From Mustelus asterias (Eukaryota): a stretch of DNA of 64,000 bases. The translations under genes and the position numbers were made by a program. The DNA lies in NCBI RefSeq assembly GCF_964213995.1, contig NC_135830.1, positions 17,794,001-17,858,000 of the forward strand, read 5' to 3'. The notes under the pieces were generated by a model. It did not search any database. It worked only from the letters and a program-made list of their open reading frames with translations, and had not been told where the DNA came from. Shown here in pieces: positions 35,788 to 49,470 of the stretch (positions are counted from its first letter, which is position 1; each line of letters starts with the position of its first letter).

Positions 35788-37830
35788 TCATAGAGTAATA
35801 GAGTCAAAGTCTTTTGCAGCACGGCCATTTGGCCGAATTTGTCCACGCTGCTCTGTTTTTACCATTAACCTGGTGCCAACTATCCCTCGACACCACTCTG
35901 ACCCATGTAACTTTCTAAATGGTTTTTCACAGACAAAATTGTACCCGCCTCTACAACTACCTCTGGCAGTTTGTTCCAGACACTCACCGCCCTCTCTGAG
36001 AAAAACCGACCCTCTGGACCCTTTTGTATCTCTCCCCTCTCATCTTAATCTTATGCCCTCTCCTTTCAGACTCCCCTACATTTGGGAAAAGATGTCCACC
36101 ATCGACACCATATATGCCCCTCATTATTTTAGAGACTTCTGTTAGATCACCCCTGGGCGGGACAGTGGCACAGTGGTTGGCATTGCTGCCTCATAGCGCC
36201 ATGGACCTGGGTTTGATTCCCCGCTTGTGTCATTGTCTGTGTGGAGTTTGCACCTTCTCCCCGTGCCTGCGTGTGTTTCCTCTGGGCGCTCAGGTTTCCT
36301 CACATAGTTCAAAGATATGCAGGTTAAGTTGATTGGACATAGTAAATTGCCACTTAGCGTCAGGGGAACTAGCATGGTAAATGCTTGGGGTCACGGGGAT
36401 AGGGGCTGGGTAAGATTGTGTTCGGTACGGACTCGATGGGCAAAATGGCCTCCTCCTGCACTGCAGCGATACTATAATATAAGACTCCTCTGCTCCAGGG
36501 AATGAAAGTCGCAGTCTATCCACCCTCTGTTAATAACGCAAATCATCATGTCCCGGTAGCAACAGCCTATATCTTCTTCGCATTCTTTCCAACTTACTAA
36601 TATGTTTTGTATAATAGAGTGACTATAATTGGACATAATATTACATGTGTGGCGTTACCAATGTTTCGTGCAACTTCACTGAGACGTCCCAACTTCTGCA
36701 TTCAATTTTCTGACCAAGGAAACCAAGCATGCCGAATGCCTTCTTCATCACTCTGTCCACCTGTGATCCCACTTTCAAGGAGATATATAGCATGAGATAT
36801 ATTTGTTCTATAACTCTCTCAACGCCATACAATTTACTGGGTACATGCTGCACAGGTTCGATCTACGAAAATGCATCACCTCACATTTATCTAAATTAAA
36901 CTCAATCTGCCATTCATCATCCCATTGGCCCAACTGTCTGTTCAAGAGCACGTGGCAATCCCAAATAACCTTCTACATTGTCAACTGTACTACCAATTTT
37001 GCTGTCTTCTGCAAACGTACTAACGAGGCCTTCTAAATTCTCATCCAAATCATTAATATAAATGACATCTGCCAGTGGACCCAGCATAGATCCATGTGGC
37101 ACAGCGCTGGTCACAGCCGTCCAGTTTGAAAAACAATCTTGTTCAATCACCCTCTGCCTTCTGTCTTCAAGTTAGTTTTGTATCCAATTGGCTACGTCAC
37201 CCTGCATCCATTGAGATTAAACTTTATGCAACAACCTACCATGTGGTACCCTGCCAATTGCCTTGTTAAAATCCATATAGACATCATCGACTGCACTGCC
37301 CTCTTTCTCTATAATATGTGCACTCCTCAAGACATCACTATTTATTTGCCCAAGTTTACTGACATCCATGCCTTTCTCAGCAGCAAATACTGATGAGAAA
37401 TATTCATTTAGGATCTCACCCATCTCTTGTGGATCCGCACATAGATGACCTTGTTGATCCGTAAGAGGCCCTATTATATACCGAGTCACTCTTTTGCACC
37501 TTATGTGTTTGTAGAAGCTCTATGGATTCCCCTTGACGTTATCTGCCAAAGCAATCTCATGTCCCTTTTTTGCCCTCCTGATTTCTCTCTTAACTTTACC
37601 CCAACACCCTCTATACAATTCAAGGGATCCAGTTGATCCCAGCTGCCTATGCCTTCTGCTTCCTGACCCGGGCTTCAATATCCCGAGTCATCCAGGGTTC
37701 CCTATTTCGACCAGCCTTGCTCTTCACCCTAAAAGGGATGTGCTTACCCTGAACATTTGTTAACACACCGTTTAAAGACTTCCACTTACCAGACGTCAAT
37801 TTGCCTGCCAATAGACTCCCCCAATCTAGA
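35788..37830 (-). mobile_element. Decayed CR1 LINE in the GPCR intron, interrupted by an HE1 SINE
   Basis: Fragments VPHGSMLGP...YINDLDEN, YMDFNKAIGRVPHGRL and KAFGMLGF; the SINE is at 36155-36475. Confidence 0.85.
36155..36475 (+). mobile_element. HE1-type SINE
   Basis: Head 'gggcgggacagtggcacagtggttggcattgctgcctcatagcgcc' plus conserved core and tail. Confidence 0.85.
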
Positions 37831-38089
37831 GACTGATTGTGCATGTGTGGGAGACGTTGTGTGTGAATGCGAGAGTGTGTGCCAGGTTTTTTTTATATTG
37901 TACGTGTGCGAGAGATTGTTTGTGAGAGAGAGTGATTGCTTGGGAGTATATACGTATAATGTTAGAGAAATAGAGAGGGATTGTGTGTGACAGAGAGTTG
38001 TCGTGTGTGTTTTAGTGGTGGGAAGTTCGTTCACTTCCAGCATCAGATTTCATATAGCCTCACTGCCACGCACCAATACGCTCACACTT

Positions 38090-38265
38090 CAGTGTTTCCT
38101 CCCACAATCCGAAAGACGTGTTGGTTAGGTGTATTGGCCATGCTAAATTCTCCCTCAGTATACACAAACAGGCACCGAGTGTAGTGACTAGGGGACTTTC
38201 ACAGTAACTTCATTGGAGTGTTAATGTAAGCCTACTTGTGACACTAATAAGTGAACTGAAAACTT
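38090..38265 (+). mobile_element. SINE 3' part with the alternative tail 'ttcacagtaacttcattg...gcctacttgtgacactaataa'
   Basis: Same tail as the minus-strand copies at 41975-42243 and 57545-57800. Confidence 0.7.
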
Positions 38266-39759
38266 AAATAAACTATTCCTCCTGAGATCTCAGACATCAT
38301 AGCGAACATTGTACAGCTAACCCATTTCCCTTCGCATGATGCTTAGACGAATTTGAACGAATTGGGAACAGGGAAAGTTGTTGACCCTGACAATTGGCCA
38401 GTTTGAGATCTGGCGACCTGCACAGCAGATCAAGTCGCTCCTTCAGGCTATCTGTTAAGTTGCTGTGAAATAAAAGTGATGAAAGCTCATACATAAAGTC
38501 AACCATAAACATGTAGTAAGGATAAATGGAAAATGGTATCCGTGGGACATTGAGAGAAGCCAACATTACATCTCAAATAGTAGACAGCAGTTAGAAGGTA
38601 ATGCAAAAATAGAACTTTTGCATTAAAGAGCGACACTGAAATTGCGTTATCAACGATCATTAAATAAAACAGTATAAGATTTCACAGACTGATAATACCG
38701 TTTCAAAACTGTCTCCATTGAAACAGCGCTCGCAGAAATTTCCATAATAAATTCACCCTGAGAGGACATGGCGGAAATGATATTTTGTTTCATTGTTTAG
38801 CACTGGGATGGTGCATTTGATAAGAACATTACTTTGACTCTCAGAGTTTACAGACATCACGTGTTGGAACATCATAATCATAAGGGGACATCTAAATGCG
38901 CTATTCAATCAGCAGTAGGATATATATTGAACCCCCGATGCCCTGTGAACTCACGGGTACATCAGACCGATTATCTCGTATGAACACAATGGATTGTTTA
39001 CAGGCCTAGTAACAGTTCAAATTTGATCACTACTTTTAATCCACAACTAAAGTGGAATCACAATACATCTCAACAACCATAAATGCGGGATCAGAATAAT
39101 ACAATCATCACATCTCCATATTCGCGTTTCATTGTCCTGACATGTTACATTGTTCACTTAAGCTCTTCCAGTCCCTTTATTGCTCAACAGACGGTGGACA
39201 ATACAAGCCGAAACCAACGCCTGGTGAGTTGCTGCACTAACACAATCCTCCCATTACTCACTTATGCCCTCGACCTGAGGAATCACATTCCTCTCTGCTC
39301 CCAAATAAGTGCGGAATTAACAGATAGTCTAACCATATATTGTTAAAAATATATTTCTGAGCTAATTAAAGTATTGCTGGCATGGCAGAGGGACAACAGA
39401 TAATTAGAAACATAAATTCAATTCGTTCTTTCTCAACTGGACATTTAAAATAATACGAATCGGGTAATCAAGGTGAGTCAGAAAATTGCCAGGCGATTTT
39501 GACATGCAGTGCGAATGGTGAGAAGCGAATTGGCCTGAAGCTTGACCCAGACTTCAATAATTCACAAATCAAATTATGAATTTAGCAACTCGTTTTTGAG
39601 AGGTAGCAACACCATGAAGGCCCACATTGATTATGTTGTCATGGGATCAGCCGAGAAGAAGGTTAACCCAGACTCAAACCGTTTCCTCTATTCTTTCTCA
39701 ACAGATGTTCGCAAACCAGACCAGTTGAATTGGTCCATCGTTTCTTGCTTTCTTCCAGA

Positions 39760-40400
39760 CTTTCATATCTTTAATCCCGGCAAAGCAACTGAAATAATCA
39801 TCCCGACCAATGGTGATGATATCAAGAAAACTGACTGCATGCATTAAGATAGATCCAAATATCCATTGAACTGCCACTTTGCATAAACGGATAATCCTGC
39901 TCGAAATCAAGTTATAAAAGGAACAAGGAACAAAATGCTTATTCGTTTGTAGGATATGATTTGTCCTCACCTCATTGAGTCTTTGGATGTATAGACTGCT
40001 CAACACTCGTAGAAGTAGTGTGCTGTTCCAGACCATCTTTACTATGACTGATTGTGCACAACACGAATTGGCCAAATGGTTCTGCGAGGAGCTACAAACA
40101 GATCTGAGCAAGTTTCCCACTAACACACTGAAGGATCCATCAACATTTCCAACACCACATAGCACCTGCATATCGATAGCAATTCTGTGTTCATGCATCG
40201 ATCAATACTGTCAGCTTGTTCACAAATGTACCACTCAAGGGAGTCAAAAACATTTGCCGGAATGGTGGTCTAATGATTAACTGAATCTTCATTAATTGAA
40301 ATTAAGAATGTAGCAACTTGTTTGTGTGAGGTAGGGACACAATTGAGGCTCGAATAGATGGTGTTGCCAGAGGATCATTCCAGGCTCAGCTCCTGCAAAA
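39760..40400 (+). mobile_element. Ancient Penelope-like retroelement RT relic
   Basis: YRLLNTRRSSVLFQTIFTMTDCAQHELAKWF resembles the Penelope YGLPKxHK...PLRPI block, followed by SLFTNVPL and DGVAxGS remnants. Confidence 0.65.
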
Positions 40401-41101
40401 CAACTTTGTGGTTTAAACCTCCACCCATCAGAGCCTACTTGCCAACCAATCAACTCTATCTTCTCAAATAACCTAAAATGTTGTTCTCGTGTTAGAGTTG
40501 GTCATTTCTTTAAAGGTCTCTTGCAATGAGTAAGTCTAAAAAAATGTAGAACGTCTCTTTTTCAGCAGTAATCTGGAAATGAAATAATCATTTCTCTGGA
40601 ACAGTGTTGTAGTTCCAGTTCTATCTTGCTATATAGATTTCGTAATGAGGAAGCAGAGCAGGAAAATGTGAAGTGCATTGGACATTGCTGCATATATCTG
40701 AGTTTATTTACGGTCTATCTGTCAGCGCTAGTTTTCACAGATCAGCAACATTAACAACATACAGCAAGGTTCAAAAGCTTCTTAACATACATTTTCCTGG
40801 TTCCTACTGTGATTCAGTCTGGAAAGCAATCTGCGTCTTCCCATGAAAGGGAACTGAAGGTTGAATATATTTTCTGTGATTATCTTCACATTTATTCAGA
40901 TCTAAATCAAAATAACTGTAGCCATTCAGGCTGGCTGCTTCAAACTATTTGTGGAGCTGCGACCATTGCGCCTGCTCGCGATCAAATATTATATACATGT
41001 TCCGAGTGCATTAGCAGATACAGGCTATTAAGGTTAAATGGAATGCTGTCCATAACTGCATCTCATGGACCGGGTGATAAATGCAGTGAAATATAACTCA
41101 C

Positions 41102-41198
41102 CAGTGACACCAACTGCAGCGAGGAGTGGATAGTAAATTGTTTGGATATCGTAAAGTACCCAATGAATACGAAGATCAAGTGGAATAATCCATAACAT
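41102..41198 (-). CDS. GPR139/GPR142-like GPCR, exon 1 (N-terminus and start of TM1)
   Basis: ACCATG at 41198, then MLWIIPLDLRIHWVLYDIQTIYYPLLAAVGVT and donor G/gtgagt. The phase-1 junction G+TG gives Val and joins exon 2 in frame. Confidence 0.85.
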
Positions 41199-41287
41199 GG
41201 TGAGAGTGCCTTTGAAATTCAATGATCGCTCTTTCTACTGGTAACTGCGCTCACTGAAATATTATGACACACAATGAAATCATTCCC

Positions 41288-41295
41288 TATTTATA
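41288..41295 (-). promoter_or_regulatory. TATA box of the GPCR gene
   Basis: TATAAATA on the minus strand about 90 nt upstream of the ATG. Confidence 0.65.
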
Positions 41296-41974
41296 GAGCG
41301 AGGAATGTCCCCAGCGAAACAATTAAAATATGTGCTGACTGACATTAATCACAATCGCTGAATACACGAGATAATTCAGCATTTCTTGCGAAATACATGT
41401 TTATTGAAAATGCTTTGCACTCATGTTGGACGATTGCCCCAATGCCATATGAATCCAAACAATTTTTGAAATGAAGAATAATGAATCGCACAGTTACTGA
41501 TCTGAAGTGAAATAAAATCATAACTAATATCCCTGTTGATAAATGTCAGCCTACAATTTCAAACTTTCAATCCGTATATAAGTGTGACTTTACTGGAGAT
41601 TTTGGGAATAATGCTGATCCATTAGTTGATACATGAGACATGCCAGAAGCAGGATGGTTGCAAATATTACACTACTGATATTCAGAAAAATCGAAACATA
41701 AACTCTCTAAAACAAGGCACTGAACCTCGCATTCATCATTGTTTTCAGGAGACTTCTTCGAAAGTAAACTAAGTCACCTCTCCAACCTGCTTTGCAAACA
41801 CATCTCAATATTCTTTGTATTCTTGGTAATCAGTGGGGAAGTGCCATGTATACCATACTCAGCATCAAATTTTCTAAACCATACACTTCTCCTTTCAGAG
41901 TGTGTGGAAGAAATTATATCGATCCAGAGATATGTTAAATGGTTATCATTTGACTCTCCACTGTCGACTCGTTT

Positions 41975-42243
41975 ATTATTTAATGTTTATTGATCAGTCA
42001 CAAGCCTGCTTACTTTAACACTGCAACGAAGTTACTGTGAATATCCCGGAGTCGCCACATTGTGACGCCTGTTCGGGAACAGTGTGGGAGAGTTTAGCAT
42101 GGTCAATGCACCGAACCAGTACGTCTTTCGGACTGTGGGAGGAAACCAGAGAACCCAGACGAAAACATACTGGCATGGACAGAACATGCAGTCTCCGCAC
42201 AGACAGTGACCCAAGCCGGGAATTGACACCGGGTCCCTGGCTC
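41975..42243 (-). mobile_element. SINE (HE1-like core, alternative tail)
   Basis: Core 'cacagacagtgacccaagccgggaatt' with tail 'gttactgtgaatatccc'. Confidence 0.75.
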
Positions 42244-42379
42244 AATAAGTCATCATTGCTAAATATCAGTCAAGCCTGCTTGTCTTCTGAGTAAACAAAC
42301 GTTAGCAGCTTGTTTAACCGTTATCGCAATCCTAATACGTTCTTTATGCTACTTCAGTTTTGCTGGACAGTGATGAAAC

Positions 42380-43372
42380 CTGGGCGAATGCCAGGAATGG
42401 ATGAATTGTGTCACAACAAAATATTGCACACTTTCGGCTTGCATCCACCGGAGTTTAAAAGTGAAAGGGGCAACTTGATTGAAACTTTTAAGATTCTGAG
42501 AGCTCTTAATAGTGATGTGCAGCCAATGTTTCCGTTTGTAGGAGCATGTAGAACTAAAGATTCCTGTTACATAATGAGGACTCGTTCATGTAAGAGAGAA
42601 ATGGGAAATTATTATTTCTCTCAGAAATTCTTGAGTCTTTGGAACTCTTCCTCAGAAGCCGTTGGAAGCAGAGTCTTTGTTTTTTTTAAAATGCTGAGCT
42701 CCATCGTTAAGTGATTAAAAAGTCGTGAAAGGTTATGTAAAGTAAGGAGGGATGTGGCGTCGAAGATATTATCAAATCAGCTGCGGCCTTATTGAATGGT
42801 GGAGCAGGCTCGAGGGGTCGAGTAGCCTATCATTTCTCCTAATACGCTATGTTCCTGTGTTCAAAATTCCACAATAACATAATGTCATTTTATCAATTCA
42901 ATCAATCTGTCCTGTATAAATAAAAACAAATCAATGCTTACAAGTGACACCAGTCAAGGAAGCATTGTAAAATGTGAGGAGAACCAACACAGAGCTTCAG
43001 AACTGCAAAGACTAGTGGCTGGAATGGGCGGATAGTTGGAACAATGACTGAATAATTATTTTGTTCAGTGACAGTTCTGCAGATCCCTGTGATCCACAGT
43101 GGGGACAATCGCAGGCTAAAGGGACGATCCTTTAAAACAGATATGAGGAGGAATTTCTGCAACCAGAAAGTGGTGAATCTGTGGAAGTGTGTGTCGCACA
43201 AGGCTGTCGAGGCCAGGTCACTGAGTATTTAAGACAGATAAAAGTTCTTGATTAATAAGGGGAAAAGGCAGGAGAATAGGGATGAGAAAACAAAATCTGC
43301 CATGATTGAATGGCGGAGCAGAAGATGGGCCGAGTGGCCTAATTCTGCTCCTATATCTTATGGTCTTATGGT
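42380..43372 (+). mobile_element. Two old CR1 3' fragments (42380-42860 and 43090-43372)
   Basis: Translations ERGNLIETFKIL and YYFSQKFLSLWNS, plus CR1 3' UTR motifs. Confidence 0.7.
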
Positions 43373-45017
43373 CGCATGGACTACCCAACTCCCCCTCTTT
43401 CTGGAAGTAATTCCAGCTGGGGGGAAATGGAGGATTGTGAATATTGAATTCTTTAGGTCATTCCTATCATATAATCCCTCTATACGTTGTTGATCTGTTC
43501 AATTCTCACAAGCAGGGCGAAGATTGAAGAGTAACAGTGCTCCATAAATGATCACACAGGTATTGAAAATTCCCTGCGCTATCTGAGATTTATTGATCAC
43601 ATGATCACTCCGTTTGAAGTCTGAGTCAATTTGTTAAGAAAATATTTATATTGCACTTTCAATATTCTCATCCAAACATTATATCTACAGTATGCAGTGC
43701 GTTTGTTGTGAAGGTTCTGCTGTCAAACAATAATCCAAATTGTGGATAATATTCTTTGGGGACGGACATTACGACATTAACCAACACGTCCACATTTTCA
43801 TCACAGCCTCTCTCTCCCTTTCTGGCCTCTTATTCTGTTCGATCCCTGCAGTGATCAATTCTCTGTCCCAATCTCCAGGCACATTCTCCACCTCATGCAT
43901 GTACTTCATTCATCCTTCTGTCCGCAAACGCCATTTCACTCATTCCGCCTTCACAGCTTCATCCCACGCTTAACTGTGGATGAGCCAGAAGTGCCGTCTT
44001 CAGAAAGCATGGGTCAATTCGGCAGCGTTTGTAATATTTTCATTCGGGCGACTCTGATGTGGTTAGAACATAGAACAGTACAGCACAGAACAGGCCCTTC
44101 GGCCCACGTTGTTGTGCTGAACTTTATCTGAAACCAAGATCAAGCTATCCCACTCCCGATCATCCTGGTGTGCTCCATGTGCCGATCCAATAACCGCTTA
44201 AATGTTCCTAAAGTGTCTGATTCCGCTATCACTGCAGGCAGTCCATTCCACACCACAACCACTCTCTGAGTAAAGATCCTACCTCGGACATCCTTCCTAT
44301 ATCTCCCACCATGAACCCTATAGTTATGCCCCCTTGGAATAGCTCCTTCCACCCGAGGACATAGTATTTGAACGTTCACTCTATCTATCCACTTCATCAT
44401 TTTATAAACCTCTATTAAGTCTCCCCTCAACCTCCTCCGCACCAGAGAGAACAGCCCTCGCTCCCTCAACCTTTCCTCATAAGACCTACCCTCCAAACCA
44501 GGCAGCATCCTGGTAAATCACCTTTGCACTCTTTCCAGCGCTTCCACATCCTTCTTATAGTGAGGTGACCACAACTGCACACAATATTCCAAATGTGGTC
44601 TCACCAAGTTCCTGTATAGTTGCAGCATAACCCCACGGCTCTTAAACTCCAACCCCCTGTTAATAAAAACTAATACACTATAGGCCTTCTTCACAGCTCT
44701 ATCCACTTGAGTGGCAACCTTCAGAGATCTGTGGATACGGACCCCAAGATCTCTCTGTTCCTCCACAGTCTTCGGAACCCTACCTTTGACCCTGTAATCC
44801 ACATTTACATTTGTCCTACCAAATGAATCACCTCACATTTATTAAGGTCAAACTCCATCTGCCATTTTTCAGCCCAGCTTTGCATCCTATCTATGTCTCT
44901 TTGCAGTCGACAACAGCCCTCCACCTCATCCACAGCTCCACCAATCTTGGTGTTATCAGCAAATTTACTGATCCACCCTTCAGCCCCCTCCTCTAGGTCA
45001 TGGATAAAAATCACAAA

Positions 45018-46769
45018 TCACAAAAGAAGGGGAAAAGGTGTAGCCCAGGTAATTACCGACCGGTGAGTGTAACCTCAGTGGTTGGTAAACTGCTGGAGAA
45101 GATCCTGAGGGACAGGATATATGAGCATTTAGAGAGGTTTAGTATGCTCAAGAATACTCAGTATGGCTTTGTCAAGGGCAGATCGTGCCTTACGAGCCTG
45201 GTGGAGTTCTTCGGAAATGTGACGAAACACGTTGACGAAGGGAAGGCGGGAGAGGTGGTTTATATGGATTATAGCAAGGGGCTCGATAAGGTCCCCCATG
45301 CTAGGCTTCTAGAAAATGTGAGAGGGCATGGGAACCAAGGGGCAGCTGCCCAGTGGATACAGAACTGGCTGGCCCAAATGAGGCAGAGAGTGGGTATAGA
45401 TGGGTCTTTTTCTAAATGGAGGTCGGTCACCAGTGTTGTGCCCCAGGGATCTGTTCTGTGACCCTTGCTGTTTGTCATTTTCATAAATGACCTGGATGAG
45501 GAAGCGGAGGAATGGGTTGGTAATTTTCCCGACGACACGAAGGTTGGTGGGGTTGTGGATAGTCTGGAGGGATGTCAGAAGTTACAGAGGGACATAGATA
45601 GGATGCAAGACTGGGCAGAGAAGTGGCAGATGGACTTCAACCCAGATATATGCGTCGTGGTTCATTTTGGAAGCTCAAATGGGATGAAGGAGTACAATAT
45701 AAAGGGAAAGACTCTTAGTACGGTAGAAGGACCTTGGGGTCCGGGTCCATTGGACTCTGAAATCGGCCCCGCAGGTGGAGGAGGTGGTTAAGAAGGCGTA
45801 TGGTGTGCTGGCCTTTATCAATCGAGGGATTGAGTTTAGGAGTCCGGGGATAATGATGCAGCTATATAAGACCTTCGTCAGGCCCCACTTGGAGTACTGT
45901 GCTCAGTTCTGGTCGCCTCACTATAGGAAGGATGTGGATAAGATTGAAAGGGTGCAGAGGAGATTTACAAGGATGTTGCCTGGATTGAGTGGCATGCCTT
46001 ATGAGGATAGGCTGAGGGAGTTTGGTCTTTTCTCCTTGGAGAGACGAAGGATGAGAGGAGACCTAACAAAGGTGTGTAAGATGTTGAGAGGCATAGATCG
46101 GGTGGACTCTCAGAGGCTTTTTCCCAGGGTGGAAATGTCTGCTACGAGAGGACACAGGTTTAAGGTGCTGGGAGATAGGTACAAGGGAGATGTTAGAAAA
46201 TCATAGAAACCCCACAGTGCAGAAACAGGCCATTCGGCCCATCAAGTCTGCACCGACCACAATCCCACCCTGGCCCTACTCCCATGTTCCTACACATATT
46301 ACCCGCTAATCCCTCTAACCTATGCATCTCAGGACACTAAGGGGCAATTTTTTAGCATGGCCAATCAACCTAACCCGCACATCTTTGGACTGTGGGAGGA
46401 AACCGGAGCACCCGGAGGAAACCCACGCAGACACGAGGAGAATGTGCAAACTCCACACAGACAGTGAGCCAAGCCGGGAATCGAACCCAGGCCCCTGGAG
46501 CTGTGAAGCAGCAGTGCTAACCACTGTGCTACCGTGCCGCCCAAGGGATACGTTTTTCACACAGAGGTTGGTGGGCGACTGGAATCGGCTGCCGTCAGTG
46601 GTGGTGGAGGCGAACTTAATAGGGTCTTTTAAGAGACTCCTGGATGTGTACATGGAGCTTAATAGGATGGAGGGTTATAGGTAGGTCGAGAAGATAGGGA
46701 TGTGTTCGGCACAACTTGTGGGCCGGAAGACCTGTTTGTGCTGACGTTTTTCCATGTTTCTATGTTTCT
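45018..46769 (+). mobile_element. CR1 LINE inserted into another CR1, itself carrying an HE1 SINE
   Basis: RT motifs in ORFs 45000-45461, 45465-45791 and 45775-46206; tail gtttctatgtttcta at about 46755-46770. Confidence 0.9.
46197..46543 (-). mobile_element. Full-length young HE1-type SINE
   Basis: Near-identical to 30735-31076; interrupts the CR1 between 'gatgttag' and 'gggatacgtttttc'. Confidence 0.92.
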
Positions 46770-49324
46770 AGGGCCAAGCACTGATCCCTGTGGCACTCCG
46801 CTGGCAACCTGCCTCCAGTCCGAAAATTTTCCATCCACCACCACCCTCTGTCTTCGATCAGATGGCCAGTTCCTATCCAATCGGCCAACTTTCCCTCCAT
46901 CCCACAACGCCTTACTTTCATCATAAGCCGACCATGGGGGACCTTATCAAACGCCTTACTAAAATCCATGTATATGACATCAACTGTCCTACCTTCATCA
47001 ACACATTTAGCTACCTCCTCAAAAAATTCAATCAAATTTGTGAGGCACGACTTGCCCTTCACGAATCCGTGCTGACTATCCCGGATTAATCTGCATCTTT
47101 CTAAATCGTCGTAAATCCCATACCTAAGGACCTTTCCCATCAACTTACCATCCACCGAAGTAAGACTAACCGGCCTATAATTACCAGGGTCATTTCTGTT
47201 CCCTTTCGTAAACAGAGGAACAACATTCGCTACTCTCCAGTCCTCTGGCACCATCCCCATGGACAGTGAGGACCCAAAGATCGATGCCATAGGCTCTGCA
47301 GTCTCATCCCTTGCCTCCCAAAGAATCCTAGGGTATATTTCATCAGGCCCAGGGGACTTATCGACCTTCAGTTTATCCAAAACTGCTAGTACATCCTCCC
47401 TCCGAACATCTACTTCCTCCAACCTTCTCTTCCTCAAAACCTTGGCCCCTCTCCTTGGTGAACACTGAAGAAAAGCATTCACTCATCACCCCTCCTATCT
47501 CTACTGACTCCATACACAGGTTCCCACTACTGTCCTTGACCGGCCCTAACCTCACCCTGGTCATTCTTTTATGCCTCACATAAGAGTAAAAAGCCTTGGG
47601 GTTTTCCTTGATCCGACCCACCAAGGACTTCTCATGCCCCCTCCTAGCTCTGCTAAGCCCTATTTTCAGCTCATTCCTTGCTAACTTGTAAACCTCAATC
47701 GAGCCACCTGAACCTTGTTTCCTCATCCTTACATAAGCTTCCCTCTTCCTTTTTGCAAGACATTCCACCTCTTTTGTGAACCATGGTTCCCTCACTCGGC
47801 CATTTCCTCCCTGCCTGACAGCGACATACCTGTCAAGGACACATAGTATTTGTTCCTTGAAAAAGTTCCACTTTTCATTTGTGCCTTTCCCTGACAGTTT
47901 CTGTTCCCATCTTATGCCCCCTAATTCTTGCCTAATCGCATCATAATTACCTCTCCCCCAATTATAAACCTTGCCCTGCCGTTCATCCTGAGGAAGGAAA
48001 TGCTGAGTTGTGGCAGTGCTATTCAGATTGGACCGGACATCATTGAGATGCCACAGCATTTTTCATTCAGGGACACCCGCTGGTGATCTGTAGAAGTAGG
48101 ATTCAGTCAAGAACTGAAAAACTACTGGAGGAATTGTGGCTCAAGCTGCTAAATGCAACTTTGGGCATTGATGGATTGGGCAGAGTGAAGTGTAACAGTT
48201 AGTTACACTCGGAGGAAAGGTCTAATTAGGCAGCATTGTGGGTCAGTCCTGTATAGAGGGTGGTTAGGTGGGTTACTGCAACTAGGATTCGGACAGGGAG
48301 CTATGGAATGGAGCCCTGTGGTTAACCATGGGACAGAGAAGTGTTAGATGCGGTATTGCGATTTTGCCTGGGGAAGGGACATTTGGTTTGTGTCAGTATT
48401 TATTGGCCTGGGGCAGAACTGTTGAAATTGGAGTGCTTACTTTATCTCGGAACAGGGTCTCCTAAGTTGATTCAGTGTCGTGCATTCAGGGCGAGGGACT
48501 GATGATGTGAGCAAGTCTAAATGAGTCAAGGGCCGAGGCAATTCAAGGGGCTGTGTGTTATCATCTCGTATGGGGAGCGACGGGGTGGCAAAGTGTGGGT
48601 CTAGATTTGACAGAAATATGTGAGACTGCATAGTAGGTTTCGGTGTCAGGATGGCATTGGCGAGATGGGACAGTGTGGTCCTGTCTCGAAAAATGTATCG
48701 TATTGTGAGACAGGCTGGTTAAATCGGGGACAGCAACATATCAGGCGAAACATTATGGATCAGATTGGGAAAGGGTCTGATGAGACAGGAGAATGTTTAT
48801 AAAACCAGGCCAGCTTCCCATGGGGTATTTCACATTGTGAAATGAAACAGACAGGTGGTGTAATGTGATTGATTCTAGAGCATTGACTAATGAATTGGGA
48901 CAGTTTGGCTTTGACCGGTGAAGTTTGACAGTGTGGTGTGTTTTGGGGCAGGGTAAGTGAAGTTCTGCTGGTGAAACTTGGACTGGGGCAAGGCCTGGTG
49001 AGGAGTTGCCGTGTGATTCAGTATGAGACAGGGAAAGACACCGTCAATGAATATCACCGTGTAATCTGCGAATTGTGATGTTATTGTTCAGTCCAGGATA
49101 AGGGCTGATAAGTTGGGGCAATGACATTCAATCTGAGGAGTAGGAGAGGTTTGCAGTGGGGGGATATTTGCAGGAGGGTAGAGCTTGACAGGGGAGAGGT
49201 TGCAGTCGGTTAGTTTTCATGCACAAGTGATTATGTTTTCTCCTGAGACGGTATATTGAAACCTTGTTTTGACAATAAGAATGTGTGCACTGAAAATCAT
49301 GTCATCTGAATTTTCAAAACAGGA

Positions 49325-49470
49325 GTGTTAACAGGTGGGGCAACTACATGAATCCTGTTGCACTGGGGAGGTGTCGAAATGTTCTCTCTCTCTCTCTCTC
49401 TAGTGTAACTGCGCTGTTGTGTATGTAAACAGGATGACTGAGTGAAGCAGTTTCCACTTTCAGCTGGTGA
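49325..49470 (-). pseudogene. Second C2H2 zinc-finger relic
   Basis: Minus strand AESGNCFTQSSCLHTQQRSYTRER followed by GFM*LPHLLT. DNA 'tcaccagctgaaagtggaaactgcttcactcagtcatcc' resembles the relic at about 1015-1060. Confidence 0.5.

Larger units (their letters stand above)
44064..47985 (-). mobile_element. CR1 LINE (47985-46770 joined to 45016-44064) split by an opposite-strand CR1
   Basis: The upstream part ends at [10 protein letters not shown] (46770); the downstream part resumes FVIFIHDLEEG (about 45016) and runs to the 3' tail at 44064. Confidence 0.9.
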
